Translations under genes and position numbers: made by a program
Notes under the pieces: generated by a model
The model's database searches: none
What the model was told of the DNA's origin: nothing
What the model saw: the letters and a program-made list of their open reading frames with translations, nothing else
Shown here: piece by piece, positions 52,970-61,591 of the stretch
Numbering within the stretch: the first letter of the stretch is position 1
How the letters are laid out: the number at the start of each line of letters is the position of its first letter
Assembly (NCBI GenBank): GCA_944320295.1
Contig: CALUGY010000083.1
Location: forward strand, 3,430 to 67,429
Length of the DNA stretch: 64,000 bases
DNA from: an uncultured Bacteroides sp.
GTDB lineage: Bacteria; Bacteroidota; Bacteroidia; Bacteroidales; Bacteroidaceae
Reading direction: 5' to 3'

Positions 52970-54133
52970 ATGAACACCTATTCATTCATGTCCGAAGAAC
53001 TGGCACGGCTGGAGGCCAAAGGCAACCTGCGCGTGTTACCGCAAACTGTTCACGAGGGGCGCTACATTACCATGGACGGCAGGCGAATGTTGAACCTCTC
53101 GTCCAACGACTACCTGGGACTGGCGGCTGACATAGCTCTGCGCAGCGAGTTTCTGGCCTGCATCACGCCGGAAACGTTTCTTCCGTCGGCCAGTTCCTCA
53201 CGGTTGCTGACGGGCAATTTTCCCGTGTTCGAGCAACTGGAGCAGGAACTCGCCCGTCTCTATGGTACGGAGGCTGCTCTGACATTTGGCAGCGGGTACC
53301 ATGCCAATAGCGGCATACTGCCCGCCGTGGCCGATAGCCATACGCTCATATTGGCCGACAAGCTGGTACACGCCAGCCTTATTGACGGTATCCGCCTGTC
53401 TGGGGCCGACTGCATACGCTTCAAGCACAACGACATGAATCAACTGGAACGCCTCTTGCAGCAGCGGAGCACGACCTACCGCCGTACGTTGATTGTTACG
53501 GAAAGCCTGTTCAGCATGGATGGTGACGAAGCTCCCCTGCAGGAATTGGTTGAATTGAAGCACCGCTACCCCGGTATCCTGCTCTACGTGGATGAGGCAC
53601 ACGCCTTCGGGGTACGTGGCAAGCAAGGGCTGGGTTGTGCGGAAGAGGCGGGCTGTCTGCCGGATATCGACTTCCTGGTGGGTACCTTCGGCAAGGCGGC
53701 AGCATCGGCCGGAGCCTTCGTGGTATGCAACCACACCGTACGTAACTATCTGGTAAACCGCATGCGTCCGTTCATTTTTACTACCGCTCTTCCGCCCGTA
53801 GTAGCTGCATGGACTCTGTTCGTCCTGTGCCGCTTGCCGGACATGACGCTGAGACGTAACCATCTTGCCGCTTTGTTCGCCACCTTGAGGCAGGCATTGG
53901 CAGATATGAGGCAGTCCTGCCCGTCCACCAGCCACATCATACCCATCATAGAAGGGGATAGTCGCGATGCCACCCGACGTGCCAGGTTGCTGCAACGCCA
54001 AGGATTCTATGTCTTGCCAGTACGTCCACCTACGGTACCCGAAGGTACCTCACGGATACGCATCTCGCTCACCGCAGACATGACAATGGAGGAGATGGCA
54101 CAGCTGCTCGACGCGCTTTCCACCCCCGCATGA
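52970..54133 (+). CDS. bioF: 8-amino-7-oxononanoate synthase
   Basis: SSNDYLGL, HASLIDG, FSMDGD, DEAH, TFGKA and RPPTVP motifs. Confidence 0.95.
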   Translation: MNTYSFMSEELARLEAKGNLRVLPQTVHEGRYITMDGRRMLNLSSNDYLGLAADIALRSEFLACITPETFLPSASSSRLLTGNFPVFEQLEQELARLYGTEAALTFGSGYHANSGILPAVADSHTLILADKLVHASLIDGIRLSGADCIRFKHNDMNQLERLLQQRSTTYRRTLIVTESLFSMDGDEAPLQELVELKHRYPGILLYVDEAHAFGVRGKQGLGCAEEAGCLPDIDFLVGTFGKAAASAGAFVVCNHTVRNYLVNRMRPFIFTTALPPVVAAWTLFVLCRLPDMTLRRNHLAALFATLRQALADMRQSCPSTSHIIPIIEGDSRDATRRARLLQRQGFYVLPVRPPTVPEGTSRIRISLTADMTMEEMAQLLDALSTPA

Positions 54134-54158
54134 CACACATATATATATTAATAGTATA

Positions 54159-54824
54159 ATGAAGCATACATTCATCATCAACGCTCGCCCCCCCCGCCTG
54201 CTCCTGTTTTTTGCCGGATGGGGAGCCGACGCCACACCCTTCGCCCACTACCGTCCTGCCGGGCACGACTTCGCCGTCTGTTACGACTACCGCACGCTCC
54301 GGTTGCCGCTGGATACCTTCTACAGCTACCATGAGATAGACATCGTGGCCTGGTCCATGGGCGTGTGGGCCGCCTCGTACTTCGCACCCATGCTGCCCGT
54401 ACCCGTGGGCCGCAGCATCGCCATCAACGGCACACCCTGGCCCATAGACCAGATGAGGGGCATTCCGCCCGACATATACGACGGCACGTTGCAAGGCCTG
54501 GACGAGCGCAACCTGCACAAGTTCCTGCGCCGCATGTGTGCCGACAGTCAGGCATTCCGTGCTTTTCTCGACGTAACACCCCGCAGGCCCTTACAAGAAT
54601 TGCGCGATGAGCTGCAGGACATCCGACGCCAATGGACCGTACTCCCCGCCCCCGGCTTCCGTTGGCAGGAGGCTGTGGTGGGTATGGCCGACCGTATCAT
54701 TCCACCCGAAAACCAGCTCCTGGCATGGCGACAGCTTGGCGTGCCTGTGACCCCTACCGATGATGCCCACTATCAGGAGACACTATTCAGACACTACTTG
54801 GAGGAGATATGGACAAACGACTGA
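54159..54824 (+). CDS. bioG: pimeloyl-ACP methyl ester esterase BioG (DUF452)
   Basis: FFAGWG, AWSMGV and AINGT motifs; lies between bioF and bioC. Confidence 0.88.
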   Translation: MKHTFIINARPPRLLLFFAGWGADATPFAHYRPAGHDFAVCYDYRTLRLPLDTFYSYHEIDIVAWSMGVWAASYFAPMLPVPVGRSIAINGTPWPIDQMRGIPPDIYDGTLQGLDERNLHKFLRRMCADSQAFRAFLDVTPRRPLQELRDELQDIRRQWTVLPAPGFRWQEAVVGMADRIIPPENQLLAWRQLGVPVTPTDDAHYQETLFRHYLEEIWTND

Positions 54825-55582
54825 TAGCCCAACGCTTTGCCAAAGCGCGCGAAACCTACCCCGAGGCGGCACGCGTGCAATACCAAGTGGCTGAAAGAAT
54901 GATAGCCATGCTCCGTCTGTACGCTTACACGGATGGCGGTTCATACCCCCACTCCATTCTGGAGATAGGCTGTGGCACGGGTATCTACTCCCGTTTACTG
55001 TACCGGGCATTCCGCCCCGACCGGCTGATGCTTAACGATTTGTGTTCCGATATGGAGCAGAGCCTTGACGACCTGACGGCCCTGCCCGGTGTGTCTTTCC
55101 TTCCGCAAGATGCTGAGAATATGCCTTTTCCACGCGACATGGGCCTCATAACATCCTGCTCCACCTTGCAATGGTTTACTGCCCCTGAAATCTTTTTTGC
55201 CCGTTGCCACGAGGCACTCCCTCCGGGCGGCATACTGGCATTCACCACCTTTGGCCCGCAAAACTTGAATGAAATACGTTCTCTTACTGGCAACGGGTTG
55301 CACTATCCTGCCGCCCACGAGCTGCTTGACATGCTCCATAGGCAACAGTTCTCCACGCTGTGGCACGAAGAAGAGGTAGTCTCCCTTGCCTTTCCCACCC
55401 CCTTGCATGTGCTTAAGCACCTGAAGCAGACCGGCGTTACCGGCACCGAGAAGCGCATGTGGACGCGTTCGCACCTGCAACGCTTTTGTGACGACTACGT
55501 CCGCTTCGCCGCACGGCCAGATGGCGGTGTCACCCTCACCTATCACCCATTATACTTCATCGTAAAGAAAACCACTAAATAA
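54809..55582 (+). CDS. bioC: malonyl-ACP O-methyltransferase
   Basis: LEIGCGTG, LQW, HLKQTGV and LTYHP motifs. Confidence 0.93.
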   Translation: MDKRLIAQRFAKARETYPEAARVQYQVAERMIAMLRLYAYTDGGSYPHSILEIGCGTGIYSRLLYRAFRPDRLMLNDLCSDMEQSLDDLTALPGVSFLPQDAENMPFPRDMGLITSCSTLQWFTAPEIFFARCHEALPPGGILAFTTFGPQNLNEIRSLTGNGLHYPAAHELLDMLHRQQFSTLWHEEEVVSLAFPTPLHVLKHLKQTGVTGTEKRMWTRSHLQRFCDDYVRFAARPDGGVTLTYHPLYFIVKKTTK

Positions 55583-55589
55583 CAACCAC

Positions 55590-56234
55590 ATGGAACCGAA
55601 CATTTACTTCGTCAGCGGTATAGACACCGATGCCGGAAAAAGCTATTGCACCGCTTGGCTCGCCAAGCAACTCATGGACAGTGGTCGACGCGTCATCACC
55701 CAAAAGTTCATCCAGACAGGTAACATCGGCCATTCGGAGGACATCGACCTGCACCGCCGACTGACCGGAACCGGTCCCTTACCAGAGGACCACGAGGGTC
55801 TCACCATGCCCGAAATCTACTCTTATCCTGCCTCGCCTTTGCTTGCCTCGTGCATAGACCACCGTCCCATAAACTTCGACAAGATTAACCAAGCTACCGA
55901 TGAGCTGGCACGTCGCTACGATGTGGTACTTGTAGAGGGTGCCGGAGGTCTCATGGTTCCCCTTACCGACCATCTGCTCACCATCGACTACATAGTTGCC
56001 CGTCGCTATCCCCTCGTCTTTGTCACCTCCGGCAAACTGGGCAGCGTCAACCACACTTTGCTCAGCTTTGAGGCCATCGCCCGTCGCAACATTCCTCTTC
56101 ACACCGTGCTTTACAATCTCTACCCCGCTCCTGCCGATACTACCATACAAGACGATACCCAGCAATACATCCGTCGCCACCTGGCCCGGTATTTCCCTGA
56201 AACACGCTTCATGGTGGTACCTGAATTGCGGTAA
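55590..56234 (+). CDS. bioD: dethiobiotin synthase
   Basis: SGIDTDAGKS, VEGAGGLMVP and LGSVNHTLL motifs. Confidence 0.95.
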   Translation: MEPNIYFVSGIDTDAGKSYCTAWLAKQLMDSGRRVITQKFIQTGNIGHSEDIDLHRRLTGTGPLPEDHEGLTMPEIYSYPASPLLASCIDHRPINFDKINQATDELARRYDVVLVEGAGGLMVPLTDHLLTIDYIVARRYPLVFVTSGKLGSVNHTLLSFEAIARRNIPLHTVLYNLYPAPADTTIQDDTQQYIRRHLARYFPETRFMVVPELR

Positions 56235-56287
56235 GTATCCGCTGTGGTGTGTGATGTTTCACTATCCAAGGCACATAAGCAAGGATA

Positions 56288-56470
56288 AAGTACGGCAGAA
56301 GTTTCCCTTTTAGTATACTTTCCTTGCTTACCCACGGCCGTGGTTCGATATCCCCACCCTCGTGGTTCGATATTCCCACCCGGGTGGGACGATATCCCCA
56401 CGGCCGTGGGTAACCAATCAAAGTACGGCATAGACCAAAAGAAAGTACGGGATAGAGCCAATCAATCCCG
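56288..56470. repeat. family C 22-bp array (4 units) nested in aaagtacgg-type repeats
   Basis: CCAC-N4-GTGG at 56332, 56354, 56376 and 56398; aaagtacgg at 56288, 56420 and 56442. Confidence 0.9.
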
Positions 56471-56603
56471 TATCTTTTTCTGAACACGACCGGCAAGAAG
56501 AAAGGCGCGGCTGGCCTCCCGCCCGATATTTTTTGCCGACAAAATGCTTGCAAGTCCGATATTAAGACTATCTTTGTGAGGATTTAGCTGGAAAAATGTC
56601 AGT

Positions 56604-56879
56604 ATGGAACATCTGGAAGACATAAAAGAGCTTATCGCACAAGGACATGCGGAGCAGGCAATCCGTGAATTAGACACGTTGCTGCTTGGCGACTTCCCCG
56701 GAAAGGACACGGCATACTACCTGCGTGGTAATGCATACCGCAAGCAAGGAAATTGGCAGCAAGCTCTCAACAACTACCGTATGGCCATGGATATCAACCC
56801 CTGCAGTCCGGCACGTAATGCTCATCGCATGGTGATGGACATCCTGGAGTTTTATAATAAAGATATGTATAATCAATAA
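56604..56879 (+). CDS. tetratricopeptide repeat protein
   Basis: AYYLRGNAYRKQGNWQQALNNYRMAMDINP TPR consensus. Confidence 0.88.
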   Translation: MEHLEDIKELIAQGHAEQAIRELDTLLLGDFPGKDTAYYLRGNAYRKQGNWQQALNNYRMAMDINPCSPARNAHRMVMDILEFYNKDMYNQ

Positions 56880-56890
56880 TTCGCGTAATT

Positions 56891-57121
56891 ATGGCAAAAA
56901 TCAAAGGAGCAATCGTCGTGGACACGGAGCGGTGCAAAGGATGCAACCTCTGCGTGGTGGCATGTCCGCTCCATGTAATAGCCCTCGCCAAAGAGGTGAA
57001 TGTGAAAGGGTACAACTATGCACGCCAGATATTGGACGACACCTGCAACGGTTGCAGTTCGTGCGCCACGGTGTGTCCTGACGGGTGTATTACCGTTTAC
57101 AAAGTGAAAGTGGAAAATTGA
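56891..57121 (+). CDS. 2x[4Fe-4S] ferredoxin-like delta subunit of a 2-oxoacid oxidoreductase
   Basis: Two CxxCxxCxxxCP motifs. Confidence 0.93.
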   Translation: MAKIKGAIVVDTERCKGCNLCVVACPLHVIALAKEVNVKGYNYARQILDDTCNGCSSCATVCPDGCITVYKVKVEN

Positions 57122-57226
57122 TGAAGAACTAAAATGAGGTAATGAAGAATTAGCACGTAGTGTCGGGAAACAGTTCCCACAGAATTTTTCATTTTGTGTG
57201 GAGCACGATTCTTCAATCTTCATTTA
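57120..57226. repeat. degenerate TGAAGAAT/ATTCTTCA inverted repeat element
   Basis: atgaagaact...aatgaagaat ... attcttcaatcttcatt inside an operon spacer. Confidence 0.55.
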
Positions 57227-57238
57227 ATATTGGAAATT

Positions 57239-58315
57239 ATGGCAGAAGAAATCGTATTAATGAAAGGGAACGAGGCCATCGCCCGTGCGGCCATACGTTG
57301 TGGTGCCGATGGCTACTTTGGTTATCCCATCACCCCCCAATCGGAAGTGTTGGAGACACTTGCCGAGTTGAAACCGTGGGAAACCACGGGCATGGTAGTC
57401 CTCCAGGCCGAGAGCGAGCTGGCGGCAATCAACATGGTATACGGCGGTGCTGGCAGCGGCAAGATGGTCATGACCTCTTCGTCCAGCCCTGGTGTCAGTC
57501 TGAAGCAAGAGGGTATATCCTATCTGGCGGGAGCCGAGTTGCCATGCCTGATTGTGAATGTCATGCGTGGTGGCCCGGGATTGGGTACCATACAGCCCAG
57601 CCAGGCTGACTATTTTCAGACAGTAAAGGGAGGCGGACATGGTGACTATCGCCTGATAGCCCTTGCTCCGGCTTCCGTGCAAGAAATGGCCGATTTCGTG
57701 GGGTTGGGCTTTGAATTGGCGTTCAAATACCGTAACCCTGCCATCATCTTGGCAGATGGTGTCATCGGACAAATGATGGAGAAGGTGGTGCTTCCCCCGC
57801 AAAAGCCTCGTCGCACCGATGCGGAAGTTATTGCGCAATGTCCTTGGGCCACTACTGGCAGGACAAAGGGGCGCAAGCCTAATATCATTACCTCCCTCGA
57901 GCTGAAGCCGGAAGAAATGGAAAAGAATAACCTGCGTTTCCAGGCCAAATACAGACAGATAGAGGAGAACGAGGTGCGCTTTGAGAAGATTCAATGTGAC
58001 GATGCCGACTATTTGATTGTGGCATTCGGTTCAATGGCGCGTATAGGGCAGAAGGCCATGGAGCTGGCTCGTGCCGAAGGTATCAAAGTCGGCATGTTGC
58101 GGCCTATTACCTTGTGGCCTTTCCCCACGAAAGCTATCGCCGAGCTAGCCGGGAAAGTAAAAGGCATGCTCGTTACGGAACTGAATGCCGGACAGATGAT
58201 AGAGGATGTCCGTTTAGCTGTGAACGGTAAAGTGAAAGTGGAGCACTTTGGCCGTCTAGGAGGCATTGTTCCCGATCCGGACGAAATTGTACACGCCTTG
58301 AAAGGCATAATGTAA
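57239..58315 (+). CDS. vorB: 2-oxoacid:ferredoxin oxidoreductase alpha-type subunit (VorB-like)
   Basis: MKGNEAIA, GYPITPQSE, QAESE and RGGPGLG motifs. Start at MAEEI. Confidence 0.9.
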   Translation: MAEEIVLMKGNEAIARAAIRCGADGYFGYPITPQSEVLETLAELKPWETTGMVVLQAESELAAINMVYGGAGSGKMVMTSSSSPGVSLKQEGISYLAGAELPCLIVNVMRGGPGLGTIQPSQADYFQTVKGGGHGDYRLIALAPASVQEMADFVGLGFELAFKYRNPAIILADGVIGQMMEKVVLPPQKPRRTDAEVIAQCPWATTGRTKGRKPNIITSLELKPEEMEKNNLRFQAKYRQIEENEVRFEKIQCDDADYLIVAFGSMARIGQKAMELARAEGIKVGMLRPITLWPFPTKAIAELAGKVKGMLVTELNAGQMIEDVRLAVNGKVKVEHFGRLGGIVPDPDEIVHALKGIM

Positions 58316-58325
58316 AGGAGGAAAC

Positions 58326-58493
58326 ATGGACATAGACAAAATAAGAAATGTATTGAACATCATCTTCCTTGTGCTGGCCGTAGCGGCCGTCATCCTGTAC
58401 TTTACGGCAAGCTTCAAGGTGTTCATGTACACTTGTGCGGCAGCCATATTCTTCAAGGGAGTGGAATTCTTCATACGTTTTACCAACCGATAA
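58326..58493 (+). CDS. small two-TM membrane protein (55 aa), absent from the ORF track
   Basis: MDIDKIRNVLNIIFLVLAVAAVILYFTASFKVFMYTCAAAIFFKGVEFFIRFTNR fills the gap between the alpha and beta genes (10 and 12 bp spacers). Confidence 0.75.
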   Translation: MDIDKIRNVLNIIFLVLAVAAVILYFTASFKVFMYTCAAAIFFKGVEFFIRFTNR

Positions 58494-58505
58494 CGAACAG
58501 CGATC

Positions 58506-59267
58506 ATGACAAAAGAAGATATCATAAAGCCTGAAAACCTGGTTTACAAGAAACCTACCCTGATGAACGACAATCCCATGCACTATTGTCCAGGATGTAG
58601 CCATGGCGTGGTACACAAACTCATTGCCGAAGTAATCGAGGAAATGGGCATGGAAGACAAAGCCATTGGCATCTCTCCCGTGGGATGCGCCGTATTCATT
58701 TATAACTATCTCGACATCGACTGGCAGGAAGCGGCTCATGGCCGTGCCCCAGCCTTGGCCACGGCCATCAAACGTTTGTGGCCTGACCGTCTGGTGTTCA
58801 CGTACCAAGGCGATGGAGACTTGGCCTGCATAGGTACGGCGGAGACCATACATGCTCTGAACCGTGGCGAGAACATTACCATCATCTTCATAAACAATGC
58901 CATCTACGGCATGACTGGAGGGCAGATGGCTCCTACGACTCTTGTAGGTATGAAAACTGCCACCTGTCCTTACGGTCGTGATGTGCATCTGCACGGCTAT
59001 CCTTTGAAGATGGCGGACATCGCCGCCCAGTTGGAAGGTACGGCTTACGTCACCCGTCAAAGCGTGCAATCTGTCCCTGCCATACGCAAGGCCAAGAAAG
59101 CCATACGTAAGGCGTTCGAGAACTCGATGGCCGGCAAAGGTTCCAACTTGGTGGAAATTGTCTCCACCTGCAACTCCGGTTGGAAGATGACACCCGCCGC
59201 CGCAAACAAGTGGATGGAGGAGCACATGTTCCCATTCTATCCGTTGGGCGACTTGAAAGACAAGTAA
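58506..59267 (+). CDS. 2-oxoacid:ferredoxin oxidoreductase beta (TPP-binding) subunit
   Basis: YCPGCSHG, HGRA and GDGD...NNAIYGMTGGQ motifs. Confidence 0.93.
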   Translation: MTKEDIIKPENLVYKKPTLMNDNPMHYCPGCSHGVVHKLIAEVIEEMGMEDKAIGISPVGCAVFIYNYLDIDWQEAAHGRAPALATAIKRLWPDRLVFTYQGDGDLACIGTAETIHALNRGENITIIFINNAIYGMTGGQMAPTTLVGMKTATCPYGRDVHLHGYPLKMADIAAQLEGTAYVTRQSVQSVPAIRKAKKAIRKAFENSMAGKGSNLVEIVSTCNSGWKMTPAAANKWMEEHMFPFYPLGDLKDK

Positions 59268-59289
59268 CACATTAAAAAAGGATTGTATC

Positions 59290-59832
59290 ATGACAGAAGA
59301 AATTATTATAGCCGGATTCGGAGGACAAGGTGTGCTTTCCATGGGCAAGATACTGGCCTACTCCGGTCTGATGGAGGGCAAGGAAGTTAGTTGGATGCCA
59401 GCCTATGGCCCGGAACAGCGGGGCGGTACGGCCAATGTGACCGTCATCATCAGCGACGAGCGCATCTCGTCACCCATATTGAGCAAGTATGACGCAGCCA
59501 TCATACTGAACCAACCCTCGCTGGAGAAGTTCGAGAGCAAGGTAAAGCCCGGCGGCGTGCTCATCTACGACGGGTATGGCATCATCAACCCACCCACACG
59601 GAAAGACATCAAGGTGTATCGCATAGATGCCATGGATGCCGCCAATGAGATGGACAACAGCAAGGCGTTCAACATGATTGTGCTGGGAGGCTTGCTCAAA
59701 ATCAAGCCCATGGTGACGCTGGAGAACGTGCTCAAAGGCTTGAAAAAGACGCTGCCCGAACGCCACCACCACCTCATCCCCATGAATGAGGAAGCTATCA
59801 AGAAAGGCATGGAACTGATAAAGGAAGTGTAA
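59290..59832 (+). CDS. 2-oxoacid:ferredoxin oxidoreductase gamma subunit
   Basis: AGFGGQG, YGPEQRGG and NMIVLG motifs. Confidence 0.93.
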   Translation: MTEEIIIAGFGGQGVLSMGKILAYSGLMEGKEVSWMPAYGPEQRGGTANVTVIISDERISSPILSKYDAAIILNQPSLEKFESKVKPGGVLIYDGYGIINPPTRKDIKVYRIDAMDAANEMDNSKAFNMIVLGGLLKIKPMVTLENVLKGLKKTLPERHHHLIPMNEEAIKKGMELIKEV

Positions 59833-59849
59833 ACACCATCCTATGGAAT

Positions 59850-59891
59850 AAGAAAGGCCGCCTGCAACCTGTGCAAGCGGCCTTTTCTTTT
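59850..59891. terminator. bidirectional terminator
   Basis: aaaggccgcctgca/tgcaagcggccttt plus T run. Confidence 0.8.
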
Positions 59892-59906
59892 GCCGGGCAT
59901 CGGCCC

Positions 59907-61322
59907 TTATTCGTAGGTGAAGACATATTCATCGTCATAGTAAGACACCTTCTCGTCGATGACCTCGTCGGTGGCTATCTCGGTGGTGACGGAGTGCAGG
60001 GTGCAGCGGGCCGTCACGCGCTGGAGGTAGTTGTCCGTGGTGAAGGTGTAGTCGTAGGGTGCCCACTCGTCGTGGTGGGTGGTTTCGGTGGTGGGTTCGA
60101 CAGGTACGGGCTCACCATCAGGACCGACTTCTACTGCCGAACCGGCTTCGTAGTACCAGTTCACAAGGTCTATCTTCACCAGGTTCTTGCTGTTCTGCCC
60201 CAGCATACGGAGGGCGAAGAGCATGTTGGCCCATTCGGAATAGGTGGTAACGTGGTTGCCGAAGAGGACGCGTGCGCTCAGTACGTTGAAGTCCATGCCG
60301 GGCGTGTCGTTCGTGTAGGAGGTGTAGTCCCACTCCATCAGGTTTTCCACGCTCCCTGGTTCGTCGTCGATGGTGGAGACGAGGTTGCCGTTCTGCCAGG
60401 TGAGGTGCAGCATGGTGTGGTCGAAGGCGCGGGTGGTAGCCGGGTCTACGGCAACGGGGGTGTCGTCTTTCTCGTTGTCACCGCTGTCGTCGCCCACTTC
60501 GTACATGTAGTCTTCCAGTATCTGTTGCAGGTAGCCGTTCTCGTCATACTTGAACATCCATGCCGTAGTTGTTGTGGAGTATTCATCCGGCTCCTCGTAG
60601 AACAGGGAGACGTCGCCCGCCTCGTTCAGCTTGGCAATGTAGGTGTTTGGGTCGTCAGAGTAGCCGTATTCCTCGTACACCATCTTCATCTGGCCGTCGG
60701 TGTAGGTGAAGGTGCACACGTCGTCGGCATAGTAAGCCTGCTCGTCGCCGTCGTATGATATCTGGTGCAGCACGGAGAGCCGGCCTTCGGCATCGTACTC
60801 AAAAGTCATGATGTACTTGTTGTAAGAGTCCGGATACTCGCTGGCCACGTGGGTGTACTCCATGCGGGAGAGACGCTTGCCCGCCGGTGTCACCGGTTCT
60901 TCGGGTGTCTCACCGCCCTCGGTGGTGCCCTTCTGTTCCACGGTGATGGTGATGACATCGCTGCCGCAACGTATCTCTATCTGTGCTTTACGGTCTTGGC
61001 CTGTGGTATTTTCCTTTAGTGTCAGGGTCAGGGTGTACTCGCCGGGACCGCCGCTGTAGGCACTCAGCGTGAGCCAGTCCACGGAGCTGCCACCTTCGGC
61101 CTTGGTAGTGACGGGGGTAACGGTGGCCGTCCAGTCGGCCGCAGCGGTGAAGTGTATACCGCCGGCGTTGTCCGTGGTCTCGTCGGCATAGATGGTTTGT
61201 GAGGTCTGCGTGCCGTTGGTCAGCACGATGCTCGTGCCCCCTTCGTCGTCGCTGCAGGCGACCAGGCCGAGCAGCAGGGCGAGGGTGCAAAGGGTTGTCT
61301 TCCAGTTGGTCTTGTTCATCAT
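59907..61322 (-). CDS. acidic surface lipoprotein, BACON-like N-domain plus YD-repeat/DUF4595-like C-domain
   Basis: Lipobox LVAC followed by SDDE; W..T...WL...N.T...R...I.I.C....I.V.Q BACON-like pattern; FEYDAEGRL, YDENGYL, WQNGNL. Confidence 0.8.
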   Translation of the reverse strand: MMNKTNWKTTLCTLALLLGLVACSDDEGGTSIVLTNGTQTSQTIYADETTDNAGGIHFTAAADWTATVTPVTTKAEGGSSVDWLTLSAYSGGPGEYTLTLTLKENTTGQDRKAQIEIRCGSDVITITVEQKGTTEGGETPEEPVTPAGKRLSRMEYTHVASEYPDSYNKYIMTFEYDAEGRLSVLHQISYDGDEQAYYADDVCTFTYTDGQMKMVYEEYGYSDDPNTYIAKLNEAGDVSLFYEEPDEYSTTTTAWMFKYDENGYLQQILEDYMYEVGDDSGDNEKDDTPVAVDPATTRAFDHTMLHLTWQNGNLVSTIDDEPGSVENLMEWDYTSYTNDTPGMDFNVLSARVLFGNHVTTYSEWANMLFALRMLGQNSKNLVKIDLVNWYYEAGSAVEVGPDGEPVPVEPTTETTHHDEWAPYDYTFTTDNYLQRVTARCTLHSVTTEIATDEVIDEKVSYYDDEYVFTYE

Positions 61323-61360
61323 ATCATTCTATTTGGTTAAATGTATCTGTCAAGTCAGTC

Positions 61361-61571
61361 AAGTGACGCTTTCATGTGGGATGAGCCGCGCTTTCATGTG
61401 GCATCAGAGTGGCTTTCATTATAGAATCATCTAGGATGATTCCTAGAATCATGTACGATGATTCCCAGAATCATGCAGGATGATTCCTAGAATCATCCTG
61501 GACTATTCTAATATGAAAGCATGAGTCATCCCGGATAAGCGTGGCTTCCATGTGGGATGAAAGCGTCACTT
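61361..61571. repeat. composite element: family B 22-bp units (gctttcat-N5-atgaaagc) enclosing a family A array
   Basis: Perfect 15-bp terminal inverted repeat aagtgacgctttcat (61361-75) / atgaaagcgtcactt (61557-71); family A units at 61426, 61448, 61470 and 61492. Confidence 0.9.
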
Positions 61572-61591
61572 ATCCAGGATGAAGGTGCGTG

